A DNA stretch of 62,198 nucleotides, filler included, from Nitrospinota bacterium (GCA_030620925.1; 9 parts of 9 records of this genome joined end to end with filler, not necessarily neighbours in it); one strand, 5' to 3'. Positions 9,591-20,866 are shown, counted from the first letter of the whole stretch. Made by a program: numbers and translations. The notes: a model not told the origin generated them from the sequence alone.

Positions 9591-10856
9591 TTAATAGACA
9601 GCACCTTCTTCCGTCAACCTTTTAATTTCTTCGCCGGACATCCCAAGAATGTCCCCCAGCACTTGATCGTTGTGCTGCCCGAGAAGCGGGGCGGGCCGCC
9701 TCACGGAGGGCTGCGTGCGGCTCAGCTTCCAGGGGACGTTAAACAGGGTCTGTTCACCGAACAGGGGGTGGCGACACCGGGCATGGAGCCCCCTCGCCTG
9801 GAGGTGGGGGTCCTCATACTGTTCCTCTATACCCAGCACGGGGGCCGCGGCCACGCCCGCTTCCTGCAGGAGGGCGGTGGCCTCATGCGCCGTCCGTTTC
9901 GACGTCCATTCCCCGACCAGTCTGTCCAGCAGCTCCCGGTGGTGAAGCCGCTTCTGCAGACCAGAGAACCGTTCGTCCTGCGCCCATTCCTGATGCCCCA
10001 GGGCACGACAGAAGGCCAGCCACTCCTCTTCGGTCTTGACGGCTATGGAGACCCACTTGTCTTCACCCTCCTCGCACAGGGCGGGATAGTTGCCGTAAGG
10101 AACCATGCGGGGATGGCGGTTGCCGGTGGGACCCATCACCCTGCCGTTAAGCTGGTAATCCAGCAATGGTTCGCCCAGGAGGGACACCATGGCCTCCAGT
10201 TGAGACATGTCTATATACTGGCCTTGCCCTGTCTTCTTGCGATGGTAGAGCGCGGTCAGCATTGCATAGACGGCGTGCACCGCGCCGTTGGGGTCTCCCA
10301 GGCCGAAGGTGAGGGTGCCCATGACCCGCCCATCCCCGTAGCCTACGGTGCTCTCCAGACCCGAGAGGCTGGTGAGGGATGGGGCATAGCTCCTCATGTT
10401 GGTCAGGGCGCCGTCCTGGCCGCCGGTGGTCATGGATATCATTATTATGTCAGGCTTCACTTCTCGCAGTGAGTTGTAGTCCAGTCCCGCTGACTTTAAT
10501 ACGTGAGGGGTGAAGTTCTCCAGCACGATATCGCTCCCGGCCACGAGCTTTTTAGCTATATCCACGGCGGCGGGATGTTTCAGGTTGAGGGCGACGCAGA
10601 GCTTGTTGCGGTTGATGTTGTGATACATGGGGGTGAGCTCCATGTCCTCACCTTCCAGTTGCCTGGGTTCTACGCCCAGGATCGCCTTGTCCCTGAATTT
10701 TGCCCGGCCCATGAGGCGGACGTTGTCCAACCTGGCCCTGGACTCCACTTTGATGACCTCAGCGCCCAGGTCGGCCAGAAAAGAGGTAGCCAGGGGGCCC
10801 GCCCATACCCAGCCGAAATCTATGACTCTTATCCCCTCAAGCAACAACTCAGCCAT
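9591..10856 (-). CDS. Family III CoA-transferase (CaiB/BaiF)
   Basis: LEGIRVIDF, WAGP, LGAEVIKVE, NRNK, ENF, GQYIDMSQLE, APLLGQH; true start MAELLL at 10856. Confidence 0.93.
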   Translation of the reverse strand: MAELLLEGIRVIDFGWVWAGPLATSFLADLGAEVIKVESRARLDNVRLMGRAKFRDKAILGVEPRQLEGEDMELTPMYHNINRNKLCVALNLKHPAAVDIAKKLVAGSDIVLENFTPHVLKSAGLDYNSLREVKPDIIMISMTTGGQDGALTNMRSYAPSLTSLSGLESTVGYGDGRVMGTLTFGLGDPNGAVHAVYAMLTALYHRKKTGQGQYIDMSQLEAMVSLLGEPLLDYQLNGRVMGPTGNRHPRMVPYGNYPALCEEGEDKWVSIAVKTEEEWLAFCRALGHQEWAQDERFSGLQKRLHHRELLDRLVGEWTSKRTAHEATALLQEAGVAAAPVLGIEEQYEDPHLQARGLHARCRHPLFGEQTLFNVPWKLSRTQPSVRRPAPLLGQHNDQVLGDILGMSGEEIKRLTEEGAVY

Positions 10857-10880
10857 CTCCCGATCCTCTCCAGCGGTACG

Positions 10881-11012
10881 CCCCGCGGAAGGCGGGACAG
10901 GTGCGGTTGTGAGGGCGTATTGCATACACCCTAATAGGACGGGTTTCAAACCCGCCCCTACGTAATGCCTTGGTGGTTTGATACTCACAGGGGCGATCCC
11001 GCTTGCCGCGGG
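10881..11012. repeat. Cluster of REP-like short palindromes
   Basis: CCCGCGGAAGGCGGG, AGGGCGTATTGCATACACCCT, GGACGGGTTTCAAACCCGCCCCTAC, CCCGCTTGCCGCGGG. Confidence 0.7.
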
Positions 11013-11030
11013 ACGGTCGCCCTTTCTCAC

Positions 11031-11819
11031 TCAGGCCCTGTCCATGCGCTGTTCCACCGATTTCAGGATGGCGTCCATGGCCTCGCCCGCGCTGCCCCGG
11101 ATGATGTAGTCGGCGAAAGAGTCCAGGTCGGTGGGCTCCCGGTTGACGATGATCAGGCTTGCCCCGCTGCGCTTGGCGACTACAGGCATGCTTGCGGCGG
11201 GATAGACCACCAGCGAAGAGCCGATGACTATGAACACGTCGCAGTTCTTTGAGGCGTGCTCGGCTTTCAGCATGGCTTGGGCGGGCATGGCCTCGCCGAA
11301 TGCTATGGCCTCGTGCTTGAGGATGCCCGCACAGTGGTGGCATTCGGGTATCTCCACGCCGTCTTCCAGAACGGCCTGAATCTCCTGGGCCGTGTAGCGC
11401 TGTCCGCAGCTCAGGCATCTTATGTAGCGCATGGTACCGTGGAGCTCGACCACCTTGCTTTCAGAGTTGCCCGCTTTCTGGTGGAGGTAGTCCACGTTCT
11501 GGGTGATGATGCAGACCAGTTTGTTCATCTCCTCCAGGCGGACCACGGCCTGATGGGCGGGGTTGGGCTCGGCGTTTTCCAGTACTGGGGCGAACTCTTT
11601 GGCCAGTTGCCACATGAGCTTGCGTGAGTTTTCGCTGGACATGAATTTCTGATAGGTGAATTCTTCGGGGTCGTAGCGCTCCCAGAGGCCGCCGGCACTC
11701 CGGAAATCGGGAATCCCCGATTCCGTGCTGATGCCTGCCCCGGTGAAGACCACCACAGAGTTGGCGCCGTGTATCAGGTCCGCCACGGTTTCGATGGTTT
11801 GTTGATGCTCCTGAGACAT
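11031..11819 (-). CDS. cobB: NAD-dependent protein deacylase (sirtuin)
   Basis: TGAGISTESGIPDFR, TQNVD, ELHG, CxxC..CxxC, IGSSLVVYPAA. Confidence 0.93.
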   Translation of the reverse strand: MSQEHQQTIETVADLIHGANSVVVFTGAGISTESGIPDFRSAGGLWERYDPEEFTYQKFMSSENSRKLMWQLAKEFAPVLENAEPNPAHQAVVRLEEMNKLVCIITQNVDYLHQKAGNSESKVVELHGTMRYIRCLSCGQRYTAQEIQAVLEDGVEIPECHHCAGILKHEAIAFGEAMPAQAMLKAEHASKNCDVFIVIGSSLVVYPAASMPVVAKRSGASLIIVNREPTDLDSFADYIIRGSAGEAMDAILKSVEQRMDRA

Positions 11820-13213
11820 TTTTCCGTCGCTCCCATTTTAAAAGAATCTTTCTCAGACAGCCATCTCACGTATTTACCTTTTCCGGCTCCCCCCACGATC
11901 TGCCCGTCTTTCATAACCACCTCGCCCCGTACCATGGTGAGCACCGGCCAGCCCTTGAGCTTCCAGCCATCGTAGATGGTGAAGTCGGACATCGAGCCCA
12001 GCAGCTCGGGGGTGACCGTCTTCTCCAGGTCCATGTCCACCATGACCAGGTCGGCGTCGCTGCCCACGCTTATGGTTCCCTTGCGGGGGTAGAGTCCGAA
12101 TATCTTGGCCGTGTTGCAGGAGGACACCTCGGCCACCTTCTGGATGGATATGCGACCCCGGTTGACCCCTTCACTGAGCAGTACGGGAAGGATGGTGGCC
12201 ACGCCGGGAAAGCCGGGCATGGCGGACCAGATGTCTCCTTCCTTCTTTTTACTCAGAAAACCCCCATGATCGGAGGCCACGGTATCTATTACTCCGCTGC
12301 GCAGCCCCTCCCACATGGCCTCCACGTCTTTTTCCGTTCTCAGGGGCGGGTTGACCTTGCCCAGGTTGCCCAGAGGCGCATCTTTTGTGTGGGTGAGGTA
12401 GTGGGAGCAGGTTTCGCCGTAAGCGCTGACTCCCTCCGCCTTGTATTGGGCCAGCTTCTTCACGCTGTCGGCGGCGCTCATATGAACGAAGTAGACCGGA
12501 CAACCGGTGATCTGGCTGAAATATAAGGCCCGCTGAACGTTCTCCGCCTCGGCGAAGCCGGGCCGTGCTTCTTCCCAGGCAGGCAGGTCGTCTCGGCCGG
12601 CGTCCATGAGGCGCTGCTTTAGAGTGGCTATCAGCTCATTGTTTTCCGCATGAATACAGGTAACGGTGCCCGGATGTTTCCCCACTTCCTCCAGCGCGCT
12701 GAAGAGGAAGCCGTCGTCTATATCCCGGGGGAGACCCACCTGTTTCGCCTCCTGTCCCTTGTAGCCCATAAAAATCTTGAAGGAGCGCACGCCGAAGTCC
12801 TGCACGTAGGTTTTAATATCGGCCAGGCTCTCCTCGGAGACGAGCATTATATGGAAGGCGAAATCCACGTGGGAACGGGATTCCCCCAACTCCACTACTT
12901 TGTTTAAGTCCGCATACCTGCCGGCCAGGAAGTGGTGGTGGATGATGGTGGTGACTCCGCCTATAGCGGAAGAGGCGGTTTCGGTTGTGAAATGCTCGTC
13001 GAAAGGCCCTGCGAAACCCAGGTGCACGTGCGGGTCCAGGGCCCCCGGGAGGATGTATTTCTCCCCGGCGTCTATTATCTGATCAGCCTCCAGACTGGCT
13101 TCATCCTGGTAGATGCCCTGGATGGAGCCGTCTTTTATGCCCAGGCAGGCCCGGACGACGCCTTGCTCTGGGATCACCAGTTGTGCGTTTTTAATAAGAG
13201 TATCCATGGCCAT
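11774..13213 (-). CDS. Cyclic amidohydrolase (dihydropyrimidinase/allantoinase-like)
   Basis: PGALDPHVH, SFKIFM, IHAEN, KVNPPLR, ASDH, GSDADLV; GAGGAG before ATG at 13213. Confidence 0.88.
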   Translation of the reverse strand: MAMDTLIKNAQLVIPEQGVVRACLGIKDGSIQGIYQDEASLEADQIIDAGEKYILPGALDPHVHLGFAGPFDEHFTTETASSAIGGVTTIIHHHFLAGRYADLNKVVELGESRSHVDFAFHIMLVSEESLADIKTYVQDFGVRSFKIFMGYKGQEAKQVGLPRDIDDGFLFSALEEVGKHPGTVTCIHAENNELIATLKQRLMDAGRDDLPAWEEARPGFAEAENVQRALYFSQITGCPVYFVHMSAADSVKKLAQYKAEGVSAYGETCSHYLTHTKDAPLGNLGKVNPPLRTEKDVEAMWEGLRSGVIDTVASDHGGFLSKKKEGDIWSAMPGFPGVATILPVLLSEGVNRGRISIQKVAEVSSCNTAKIFGLYPRKGTISVGSDADLVMVDMDLEKTVTPELLGSMSDFTIYDGWKLKGWPVLTMVRGEVVMKDGQIVGGAGKGKYVRWLSEKDSFKMGATEKCLRSINKPSKPWRT

Positions 13214-13463
13214 TTTGGTTCGCTCCTCCGCTATAGCTGTATCATGTTCAGGTGTCCCCGGAAATTTCGAGTGAAAGGGTAACACAGTTTTATGAAAAAT
13301 GGAACCGAAACAGTTGACTCTCCTGGAGAATAAGGAGACCGCTATTGCGGGTATGAGAGTTTTCTGCTATGGTAAATTCAGCCGAAATACCTTCTATTGT
13401 TTGCCGGATGAGTAAGTGTGTTTATATTTACAGTTATACGAGAAAAGGGAGTAAGAACGGGCG

Positions 13464-14390
13464 ATGGATCAGAATGATTTTGATGTGATCATACTGGGAG
13501 GCGGTCCTGCCGGACTCACTGCGGGCCTTTACGCTTCGCGGGCCATGCTGAAAACGCTATTGTTGGAGAGAGCTGTCACGGGAGGACAGGCTGCTATCAC
13601 CGATGCCATAGAGAATTATCCCGGCTTCCCCGACGGCGTGATCGGCCCCGAGCTTATGGAGAAGTTCCAGAAGCAGGCCCAGCGCTTCGGCCTTGAAATG
13701 AGGCTGGAGGCTGCTGCCGGGATTTCCTCACGGGGGAAGGAACGTGTCGTTCACGTGGGGGACAAGGAATACAGAGCCGGGGCGATCATCATCACCACCG
13801 GCTCCGACCCTAATAAGCTGGGCGTAGCCCGGGAACAGGAGCTGACGGGGAAAGGGGTATCCTACTGTGCGACGTGCGATGGGCCCTTCTTCCGTGATGC
13901 AGAAATAATATTGGTCGGCGGCGGCAATTCGGCCCTGGATGAGGGCCTCTTCCTGACGCGTTTCGTCAGTAAACTTAACATTGTGCATCGCAGGGACCAA
14001 CTGCGGGCGGACAAAATCTACCAGGAAAAAGCTTTCGCCCACCCCAAGGTGGATTTCATCTGGGATTCCGTCGTGGATGAGATAGTGGGTGAGGATATGG
14101 TGCAGGCGGTGAAGCTCAAGAACGTTAAATCAGGCGAAATAATCGAAAGGCCCACCGAGGGTGTTTTCATTTTCATCGGCACTACCCCCAACACCCAGTT
14201 CCTCGAGGGGGCCGTCGAACTCGATGAGCGCGGGTATATCGTGACCAACGAGAAGCTGGAGACCTCGATGCCGGGGGTGTGGGCCGCCGGTGATGTGCAG
14301 GACTCATTATACCGGCAGGTGGTTACGTCTGCCGGGCAGGGCTGCGCGGCGGCCATGGAAGTTGAGAAATACCTTGCCGGGCTGGAATAA
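13464..14390 (+). CDS. trxB: Thioredoxin-disulfide reductase
   Basis: GGGPAG, ENYPGF, GVSYCATCDG, GGGNSA, HRRDQLRA, AAGDV. Confidence 0.96.
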   Translation: MDQNDFDVIILGGGPAGLTAGLYASRAMLKTLLLERAVTGGQAAITDAIENYPGFPDGVIGPELMEKFQKQAQRFGLEMRLEAAAGISSRGKERVVHVGDKEYRAGAIIITTGSDPNKLGVAREQELTGKGVSYCATCDGPFFRDAEIILVGGGNSALDEGLFLTRFVSKLNIVHRRDQLRADKIYQEKAFAHPKVDFIWDSVVDEIVGEDMVQAVKLKNVKSGEIIERPTEGVFIFIGTTPNTQFLEGAVELDERGYIVTNEKLETSMPGVWAAGDVQDSLYRQVVTSAGQGCAAAMEVEKYLAGLE

Positions 14391-14427
14391 TGCGGCCAGA
14401 CCTTAAGGAGAAAGGCGAGAGCAGAAT

Positions 14428-15927
14428 ATGAAAGTAGAGGAATACTACGGCGATATTACCGGGTTTTCGGGAGATGCGATAATTGTTTTTCACGTTGAAG
14501 ACTCCGGGAGGTTTTTCCGCACCACCCAGAGAATCGACCGATCTTTAGACGGTGCCCTGAAAGAACTGGCCGGAAAGGGCGAGATAAACGGCAAATCGGG
14601 TGGACGGACGACAGTGCACACCTTCGGAAAGATCAAGTCGTACAGGGTAATGGTGGCCGGGCTCGGTAAGAAGGATGCGGTGGTTCCTGAGACGATGAGG
14701 AGCGCCGTGGCAGAATGCTGCAAGGCGCTTAAACAGACGGGAGCAAAGAAGGTGGGGGTGACCATCCAGTATCCCGAGCTGGAGGGTATAGATGTCCAGG
14801 GCATGGCTCAGTGCGTCACCGAAGGAGCCATTCTGGGTCTTTACGTCTACGACAAGTATAAGGAAAAGAAGGAAGACAATAAGCAGGAGATAGCCGAGCT
14901 GTACCTGTTATCCTCGGATAGAAAGGTGAAGGGGGCCGTCTCCGAAGGGAGGGAGCGGGGAGAAATATCGGCGGATGCGGCCATCTACGCCAGGGACATG
15001 GTGAATGAGCCCGCCAACATTATGACTCCCACCCGGATGGCGGAGTGCGCCCAGGAAGTGGCTGATGCCTCGGGTCTCGAGTTCGATAGCTTCGGCAGGG
15101 AGAAGATGGAGGAGTTGGGCATGGGGGCCCTTCTGGGGGTGGCCAGAGGCAGCCATCAGCCGCCCCGTCTGATAGAGCTCAGCTACAAAGCCCCCGGGGC
15201 AAGCAAAGAACACGTCTTCCTGGTGGGCAAGGGTATAACCTTCGATTCGGGAGGCATCTCCATTAAACCATCGGCGGGCATGGACGAAATGAAGGGGGAT
15301 ATGGCGGGGGGGGCCGCGGTTATTTCCGCCATGAAGGCCATAGGTCGCTTGAAACCGAAGGTCAACGTTTCGGGCATCGTCCCGGCAACGGAAAACATGC
15401 CCGGTGGCTCGGCAACCCGGCCCGGCGACATCCTCAAAGCCATGAACGGAAAGACCATAGAGGTACTCAACACCGATGCTGAGGGGCGCCTGATCCTGGC
15501 CGACGCCCTGTCCTATGCCCGCAGCCTGGGGGCCACGCGCATGGTGGATTTGGCTACCCTCACCGGCGCCTGCGTGGTTGCTCTGGGCACCGTTTGCACC
15601 GGCTTATTCGGCAACGACCAGGAGCTCATCGACAGGGTAATAAAAGCCGGAGATGAAGCCGGCGAAAAGATGTGGCAACTCCCCCTCTTTGACGAGTACC
15701 GGGAACAGATTAGAGGAGATTTCGCCGACATAAAGAACGTGGGAGGCCGGGAAGCGGGAGCAATAACGGCGGCCATGTTCTTAAAGGATTTCGCGGAGGA
15801 TACCCCCTGGGTACACCTGGATATAGCGGGGACCTCTTTTGCCTCCAAGGCTAAAGGTTACCTTCAAAAGGGGGGGACGGGTGTCGCGGTGAGGACGCTG
15901 ATAAACTTTGTGCTCGCCAAAACCTGA
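14428..15927 (+). CDS. pepA: Leucyl aminopeptidase (M17)
   Basis: VGKGITFDSGG, MKGDMAG, NTDAEGRL, DLATLTG, HLDIAG. Confidence 0.96.
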   Translation: MKVEEYYGDITGFSGDAIIVFHVEDSGRFFRTTQRIDRSLDGALKELAGKGEINGKSGGRTTVHTFGKIKSYRVMVAGLGKKDAVVPETMRSAVAECCKALKQTGAKKVGVTIQYPELEGIDVQGMAQCVTEGAILGLYVYDKYKEKKEDNKQEIAELYLLSSDRKVKGAVSEGRERGEISADAAIYARDMVNEPANIMTPTRMAECAQEVADASGLEFDSFGREKMEELGMGALLGVARGSHQPPRLIELSYKAPGASKEHVFLVGKGITFDSGGISIKPSAGMDEMKGDMAGGAAVISAMKAIGRLKPKVNVSGIVPATENMPGGSATRPGDILKAMNGKTIEVLNTDAEGRLILADALSYARSLGATRMVDLATLTGACVVALGTVCTGLFGNDQELIDRVIKAGDEAGEKMWQLPLFDEYREQIRGDFADIKNVGGREAGAITAAMFLKDFAEDTPWVHLDIAGTSFASKAKGYLQKGGTGVAVRTLINFVLAKT

Positions 15928-15960
15928 GAAGTCAAACCCATTATCAGAGAGGGAGCGATC

Positions 15961-16137
15961 ATGAGCGCTCTTACATTCCTCATGGGAATCATCCTCGGCT
16001 TTGTCGCTGGAGCGATGGTATGTTTTCTGTTGATAAGGAGGAGGATCAGATGGGAGAACAGCCCCAGGAGAAAAGTCGAGAACTTCATCTCTGAGTTTAA
16101 CCGCTATTACAAGGGTTCCCGAAGAGAAAGCGATTAG
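15961..16137 (+). CDS. Small single-pass membrane protein (58 aa)
   Basis: Own translation MSALTFLMGIILGFVAGAMVCFLLIRRRIRW...ESD; AGAGGGAG RBS; hydrophobic helix followed by basic residues. Confidence 0.7.
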   Translation: MSALTFLMGIILGFVAGAMVCFLLIRRRIRWENSPRRKVENFISEFNRYYKGSRRESD

Positions 16138-16252
16138 CAGCGGAAATCAGTTGGCGATTTTTCCAATCCTTCTTTTGGGAAGAACATTCAGGCCGATTTG
16201 CTCTAAGTCATATCCACCGGATTCATGGTAAAGAATCTTATCCGGCACCCTT

Positions 16253-17155
16253 CTAATCGCCCCACATAACTACCCGGTTTCTTCCCCGCCTTTTAGCCGT
16301 GTAGAGGGCCTGGTCGGCGCGCTCCAGCAGTTCCATTTTTGTAGTGGCGTCCTCAGGAAAAGATGCTATCCCCACGCTTATGGTAAGCTTTCCGTCGGGA
16401 AGCTTCTCCTCTCCCTTAAAGGCAAATTCCGCTACTGTATTCATAAGCCTTAACCCAAGCGCCTCAGAGGCGGCCTTGCTTTTTTCAGGAGCTATAACGG
16501 TAAATTCCTCACCACCGTATCTGGCCACAGTGTCGTAAATTCTGCTTTGCTGCCCGAGTATGCCGGCTATCTGCTTAAGGACTTCGTCCCCCGCCATGTG
16601 GCCGAAGAAATCGTTGTAGTCTTTGAAAAAATCGATATCCAGCATGAGCAGGCATACGCTGTTCTTAAGTCGGACGGACCTGGATATTTCGGCATCCAGG
16701 TGTTGATGGAAAAATCTATAGTTATATAGGCCGGTGAGCTCATCGGTGTTGGCCAGGTTTCTATAAAACTCCGCTTCCCTGGCCTGTATCTCAAGCTTGT
16801 GTCGCTCACTGAACCTTGCTGCGACTAATGCTGCCTGCTCCGGAATCACCGGCTTCCAAAGGTACTCATCCGCTCCTGCTTTAATTGCCCTGACCATCTT
16901 TTTCGGACTGCCGGTTTTCCCCAGGGCGATAATTCCCAGGTCGGCATTCCTTTTTCTGGCGTCTTTAATTTCCTTGAAGGGGTCCGCGTTATTGTCATCC
17001 AGATCGACGATAATTATCGCGAATTCCTTCTTCCGGCGCCTTCGCAATACTTTGTAGTCGCTGGTTTTTAATGCCTGGGTAATTAGTTCGACGGCTTCCT
17101 TATCTTTGCTCAGCAAAAGGGCGTCTAATAGCTTGTCCATATCGTTGTAGCCCAC
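16253..17155 (-). CDS. Diguanylate cyclase with degenerate receiver domain
   Basis: TDELTGLYN, DIDFFKDYND, ARYGGEEF, ADQALYTAK; N-terminal AIKAGADEYLWKP. Confidence 0.92.
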   Translation of the reverse strand: MGYNDMDKLLDALLLSKDKEAVELITQALKTSDYKVLRRRRKKEFAIIIVDLDDNNADPFKEIKDARKRNADLGIIALGKTGSPKKMVRAIKAGADEYLWKPVIPEQAALVAARFSERHKLEIQAREAEFYRNLANTDELTGLYNYRFFHQHLDAEISRSVRLKNSVCLLMLDIDFFKDYNDFFGHMAGDEVLKQIAGILGQQSRIYDTVARYGGEEFTVIAPEKSKAASEALGLRLMNTVAEFAFKGEEKLPDGKLTISVGIASFPEDATTKMELLERADQALYTAKRRGRNRVVMWGD

Positions 17156-17303
17156 ATCGCAAATTTTGATTGAATCAAAATGACGATCACAGCCTGGAGT
17201 TTTAAAATGACAGTGTAATCAAACTCCTTTGACAACAACCATTTTTACCATTTATGGGGTATACGATGCAATAAAAATATAGTTTGCAAGCCGCTGTTAA
17301 GGC

Positions 17304-17403
17304 NNNNNNNNNNNNNNNNNNNNNNNNNNNNNNNNNNNNNNNNNNNNTTAATTAATTAANNNNNNNNNNNNNNNNNNNNNNNNNNNNNNNNNNNNNNNNN
17401 NNN
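17304..17403. other. Artificial contig linker
   Basis: N44-TTAATTAATTAA-N44. Confidence 0.99.
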
Positions 17404-17454
17404 CGATTGGCGGCCGATTAATTTAGCATTCAATTGAATACTAAAGGAGGGACC

Positions 17455-18138
17455 TTGGAAAACGACAACAGACGCTACAAAGATGCCACCTACGAGCAGT
17501 TCGCCCGCATCGGTAAGGCGCTGTCCAGCCCTAAAAGAGTGGAGCTGCTGGATCTGCTGAGTCAGGGTGAGCGGACGGTGGAAGTGCTGGCGAAGGAAGC
17601 CGGTTTAACCGTGGCCAACGCCTCCCAACACCTGCACGTGCTTCATGCCGCCCGCCTGGTGGAGACTGAAAAGGAAGGGCTTTTTGTCACCTACCGTATC
17701 GCCGACGAGACGGTGAGCGAATTTCTCCTGACGCTGATGGGACTTGCGGAGACCCGATTGGCGGAACTGGAACAGATTACGAGACTCTTCCTTGAGGGAC
17801 GAGAAGGACTTGAGGGCATAGACCGGGAAACACTGATTGAAAGGGTTAATAAAGGAGAGGTTACCGTCCTCGATGTGCGGCCGGTCGAGGAATATAGCGC
17901 AGGCCATATCCCCGGGGCGATCTCCGTTCCTTTAAAAGAGCTAGAGGCCCATCTGTCAGAGCTCTCAGGGGATCAGGAGATCGTCGCCTATTGCAGGGGG
18001 CCTTACTGCGTTCTTGCCATCCAGGCCGTGGAGTTTCTTCGCGCCAGGGGTCTCCGGGCTCTGCGGCTCGAGGACGGAATTATTGAATGGCGTACCCATG
18101 GATTCCCCGTGGCATATGGTGAAGAAGGAGTCGATTGA
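17455..18138 (+). CDS. ArsR/SmtB regulator fused to a rhodanese domain
   Basis: KALSSPKRVELL...ASQHL; LDVRP, GHIPGA, AYCRGPYC; TTG start after AAGGAGG. Confidence 0.93.
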   Translation: MENDNRRYKDATYEQFARIGKALSSPKRVELLDLLSQGERTVEVLAKEAGLTVANASQHLHVLHAARLVETEKEGLFVTYRIADETVSEFLLTLMGLAETRLAELEQITRLFLEGREGLEGIDRETLIERVNKGEVTVLDVRPVEEYSAGHIPGAISVPLKELEAHLSELSGDQEIVAYCRGPYCVLAIQAVEFLRARGLRALRLEDGIIEWRTHGFPVAYGEEGVD

Positions 18139-18178
18139 TTCGCAGCAGGCTGACTTAACTTAAGAGGGGGGAAACATT

Positions 18179-18381
18179 ATGCCTATCGATCGTTAGGTTT
18201 TTCGTTTCGCCGGAACGCTCATCCTGGTGAGCCTTGCGCTGCCACTGCTTCACCACCCTTACTGGCTGATATTCACAGCGTACGTGGGCGCAACCATGTG
18301 TCAGGCGTCCTTCATCGGCTTCTGCCCGATGGCTGAGATGTTGAGGCGAAGGGGGTGGAACCGGGCAAAGCTTTCGAGTAA
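18179..18381 (+). pseudogene. DUF2892 (YgaP-like) membrane protein pseudogene
   Basis: MPIDR*VFRFAGTLIL...QASFIGFCPMA; in-frame TAG at 18194 and a frameshift in the G-run before VEPGKAFE*. Confidence 0.75.
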
Positions 18382-18563
18382 TCTATTACAGGCGGACGAT
18401 TCAGGGCTTCCCCTTCTTATCCGGCTTAATAAACGGGGGATTGTTACATGAATAAGCGGTTAGAGAGGTATAAAAAAGGGGGAAGCCCTATTTCTCTGAG
18501 GGAAAAGGTCCATATCCGTATGAATACTTCGCGTATTTATACTTAAATTGAGGAGTGGTTATC

Positions 18564-20866
18564 ATGGCTAAGGGCATCATCAGGGGTTCTATGAACCATC
18601 CTGTGGTTACTATCATAATACTGCTGGTCGTCTCTTTCCTGTTCGCCACCCGGTTCCCCAAAATGAAGGTGGACACCGACCCGGAGAACATGCTGGAAAA
18701 AAACGAATACGTGCGGGTGTTCCACAACAAGGTCAAAGAAGACTACAACATACACGACAAGCTCGTCCTGGGGGTGGTGAACGAGAAAGGGGCTTTCAAT
18801 CCGGAAACGCTGGGAAAAACGGCCGCCATCATCGACCGGATTCTCCAGATTAAAGGAGTGGAAAGGGCGGATTTCATAAGCCCCACCACCACCAATAACG
18901 TTACCTCAAAAGACGGAACGATGGTCGTGGACCGCCTGATGTCGAAAATCCCCGCCACCATCGAAGAGGCTGAGAAGCTGTTCCGCATGGCAAAAGATAA
19001 TCCTCTTTTCGCCGAGAAACTGGTCTCCAGCGATGGGAGAGCCATCGCCATATATATACCCATCCAGCGGAAAAATATGAGCTACAGAATCTCACAGGAG
19101 ATAGAGAGCATCCTCTCGGAATACCCGGGGGACGAAAAATTCTACATCGCCGGCCTCCCCGTGGCCGAGGATACCTTCGGCATTGAGATGTTCAAACAGA
19201 TGGGCATGTCCGCCCCCATGGCCATGCTCATCATAATGATAATAATGCTCATATTTTTCAGAAGATTGTCGCTGGTCATACCCCCATTTTTCGTGGCCAT
19301 GTTCAGCGTGTTCTGGACCATGGGGCTTTTGATAGGCACGGGTTTCACCGTCCACATCATGAGCTCCATGATACCCATATTCCTCATGCCCATAGCCGTG
19401 GTGGACAGCGTACATATCCTGAGCGAGTTCCACGACCGCTACCCACAATACAGAGACCGCAAAAAGACCCTTCAAAAGGTCATGGAGGAGCTCTTCAAAC
19501 CCATGCTCTTTACCTCCATAACCTCGGCCGTAGGTTTCGCTTCCCTGGCCCTGGCGCCCATTCCGCCGGTGAGAGTCTTCGGCCTTTTCGTAGCCTTCGG
19601 GATTATGGCCGCGTGGCTCATGACCATAACCTTAATACCCGCAACCATCATGCTTTCCAAAGAAAAATGGCACCAGAGAGGCCTGGAAAAAAGAGCGGAC
19701 AGGGCCACTCCCATCAGCAGGCTCATGCGCCGCTTCGGGAGCGTGTCGATCCAAAGGACGAGGACCACCATGACGATCATGCTCATCCTCGTCGCCGTAG
19801 GCATATACGGAATTTCCAGGATCGTGGTCAACGACAACCCGGTGAACTGGTTCCAGAAAGACCACAAAATAAGGGTGCGGACAGGGTGCTCAATGAACAC
19901 TTCGGCGGCACGTACATGGCTTACCTCGTCCTGACCGGCGAGGAAAACGACGCCGTTAAAGACCCGGCGGTTTTGAGCTACATGGAGAAGATACAGCAAC
20001 GGCTGGAGCTGATGGAGGTGGTGGGGAAAACGTCTTCACTGGTCGATGTAGTTAAAAGGGTCAACTACGTGGTGCATGGTGAAGACGGGGCGTATAACGT
20101 TCTGCCCTCCAGCAAGGAGGAGACGGCGCAGTATCTCTTCCTCTTCCTGGCCTCCGCCGACGACCCCGATGAGCTGGACAACTACGTGGACTACGATTAC
20201 GCCAGTGCCAACATCTGGCTGCAGATGAAGAAGGGCAATAACAGGGACATGCAGGGGGTGGAAGCCGTCGTGCGGGAATTCGTGGACGAAAACCCTCTCC
20301 CGCCGGGCATCGAAATGAATTGGGCGGGGCTCACCTACCTCAACGTCATTTGGCAGAAGAAAATGGTGGGGGGGATGATAAGGGCGCTGATGGGCGGCTT
20401 CGTGGTGGTGCTGATCCTGATGAGCATCCTTTTCCGCTCCTTCAGGTGGGGCCTGGTCTCCATGCTGCCCCTCAGTTTTACAATAGTGCTCATTTACGGA
20501 GTGATAGGGCTTGCCGGGAAAGAATATGATATGCCCGTGGCCATCCTCTCTGCGCTGAGCCTGGGGCTATCCATAGATTTCGCAATTCATTTCATACAGA
20601 GGCTGCGGGGAAGGCTGTCTGCCGGGGATGGGCTCGAAACAGCCTTTGAAAACATATTCGCAGAACCCGCCAGGGCAATTTTCAGGAACGCTATCGTCAT
20701 AGCCATAGGGTTCACCCCCCTGCTCTTCGCTCCTTTGACACCCTATCAGACGGTGGGAGGCTTCCTGGCTTCTATAATGATGCTGAGCGCGGTGGCCACC
20801 CTCCTGCTGATGCCGGGAATTATCAAGACATTCAGTAAATCCATGTTAAGGAGGTTTGCTCAATGA
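18564..20866 (+). pseudogene. MMPL/RND family transporter split by a -1 frameshift near 19876
   Basis: ORFs 18555..19934 and 19613..20866 join as ...DHKIRV / ADRVLNEHFGG...; AVVDSVH and GLSIDFAIH RND motifs. Confidence 0.85.

Noticed and set aside
10857-11030. N-terminal extension of the CoA-transferase
   Set aside because: Translation of REP-like palindromes; family homology starts at 10856
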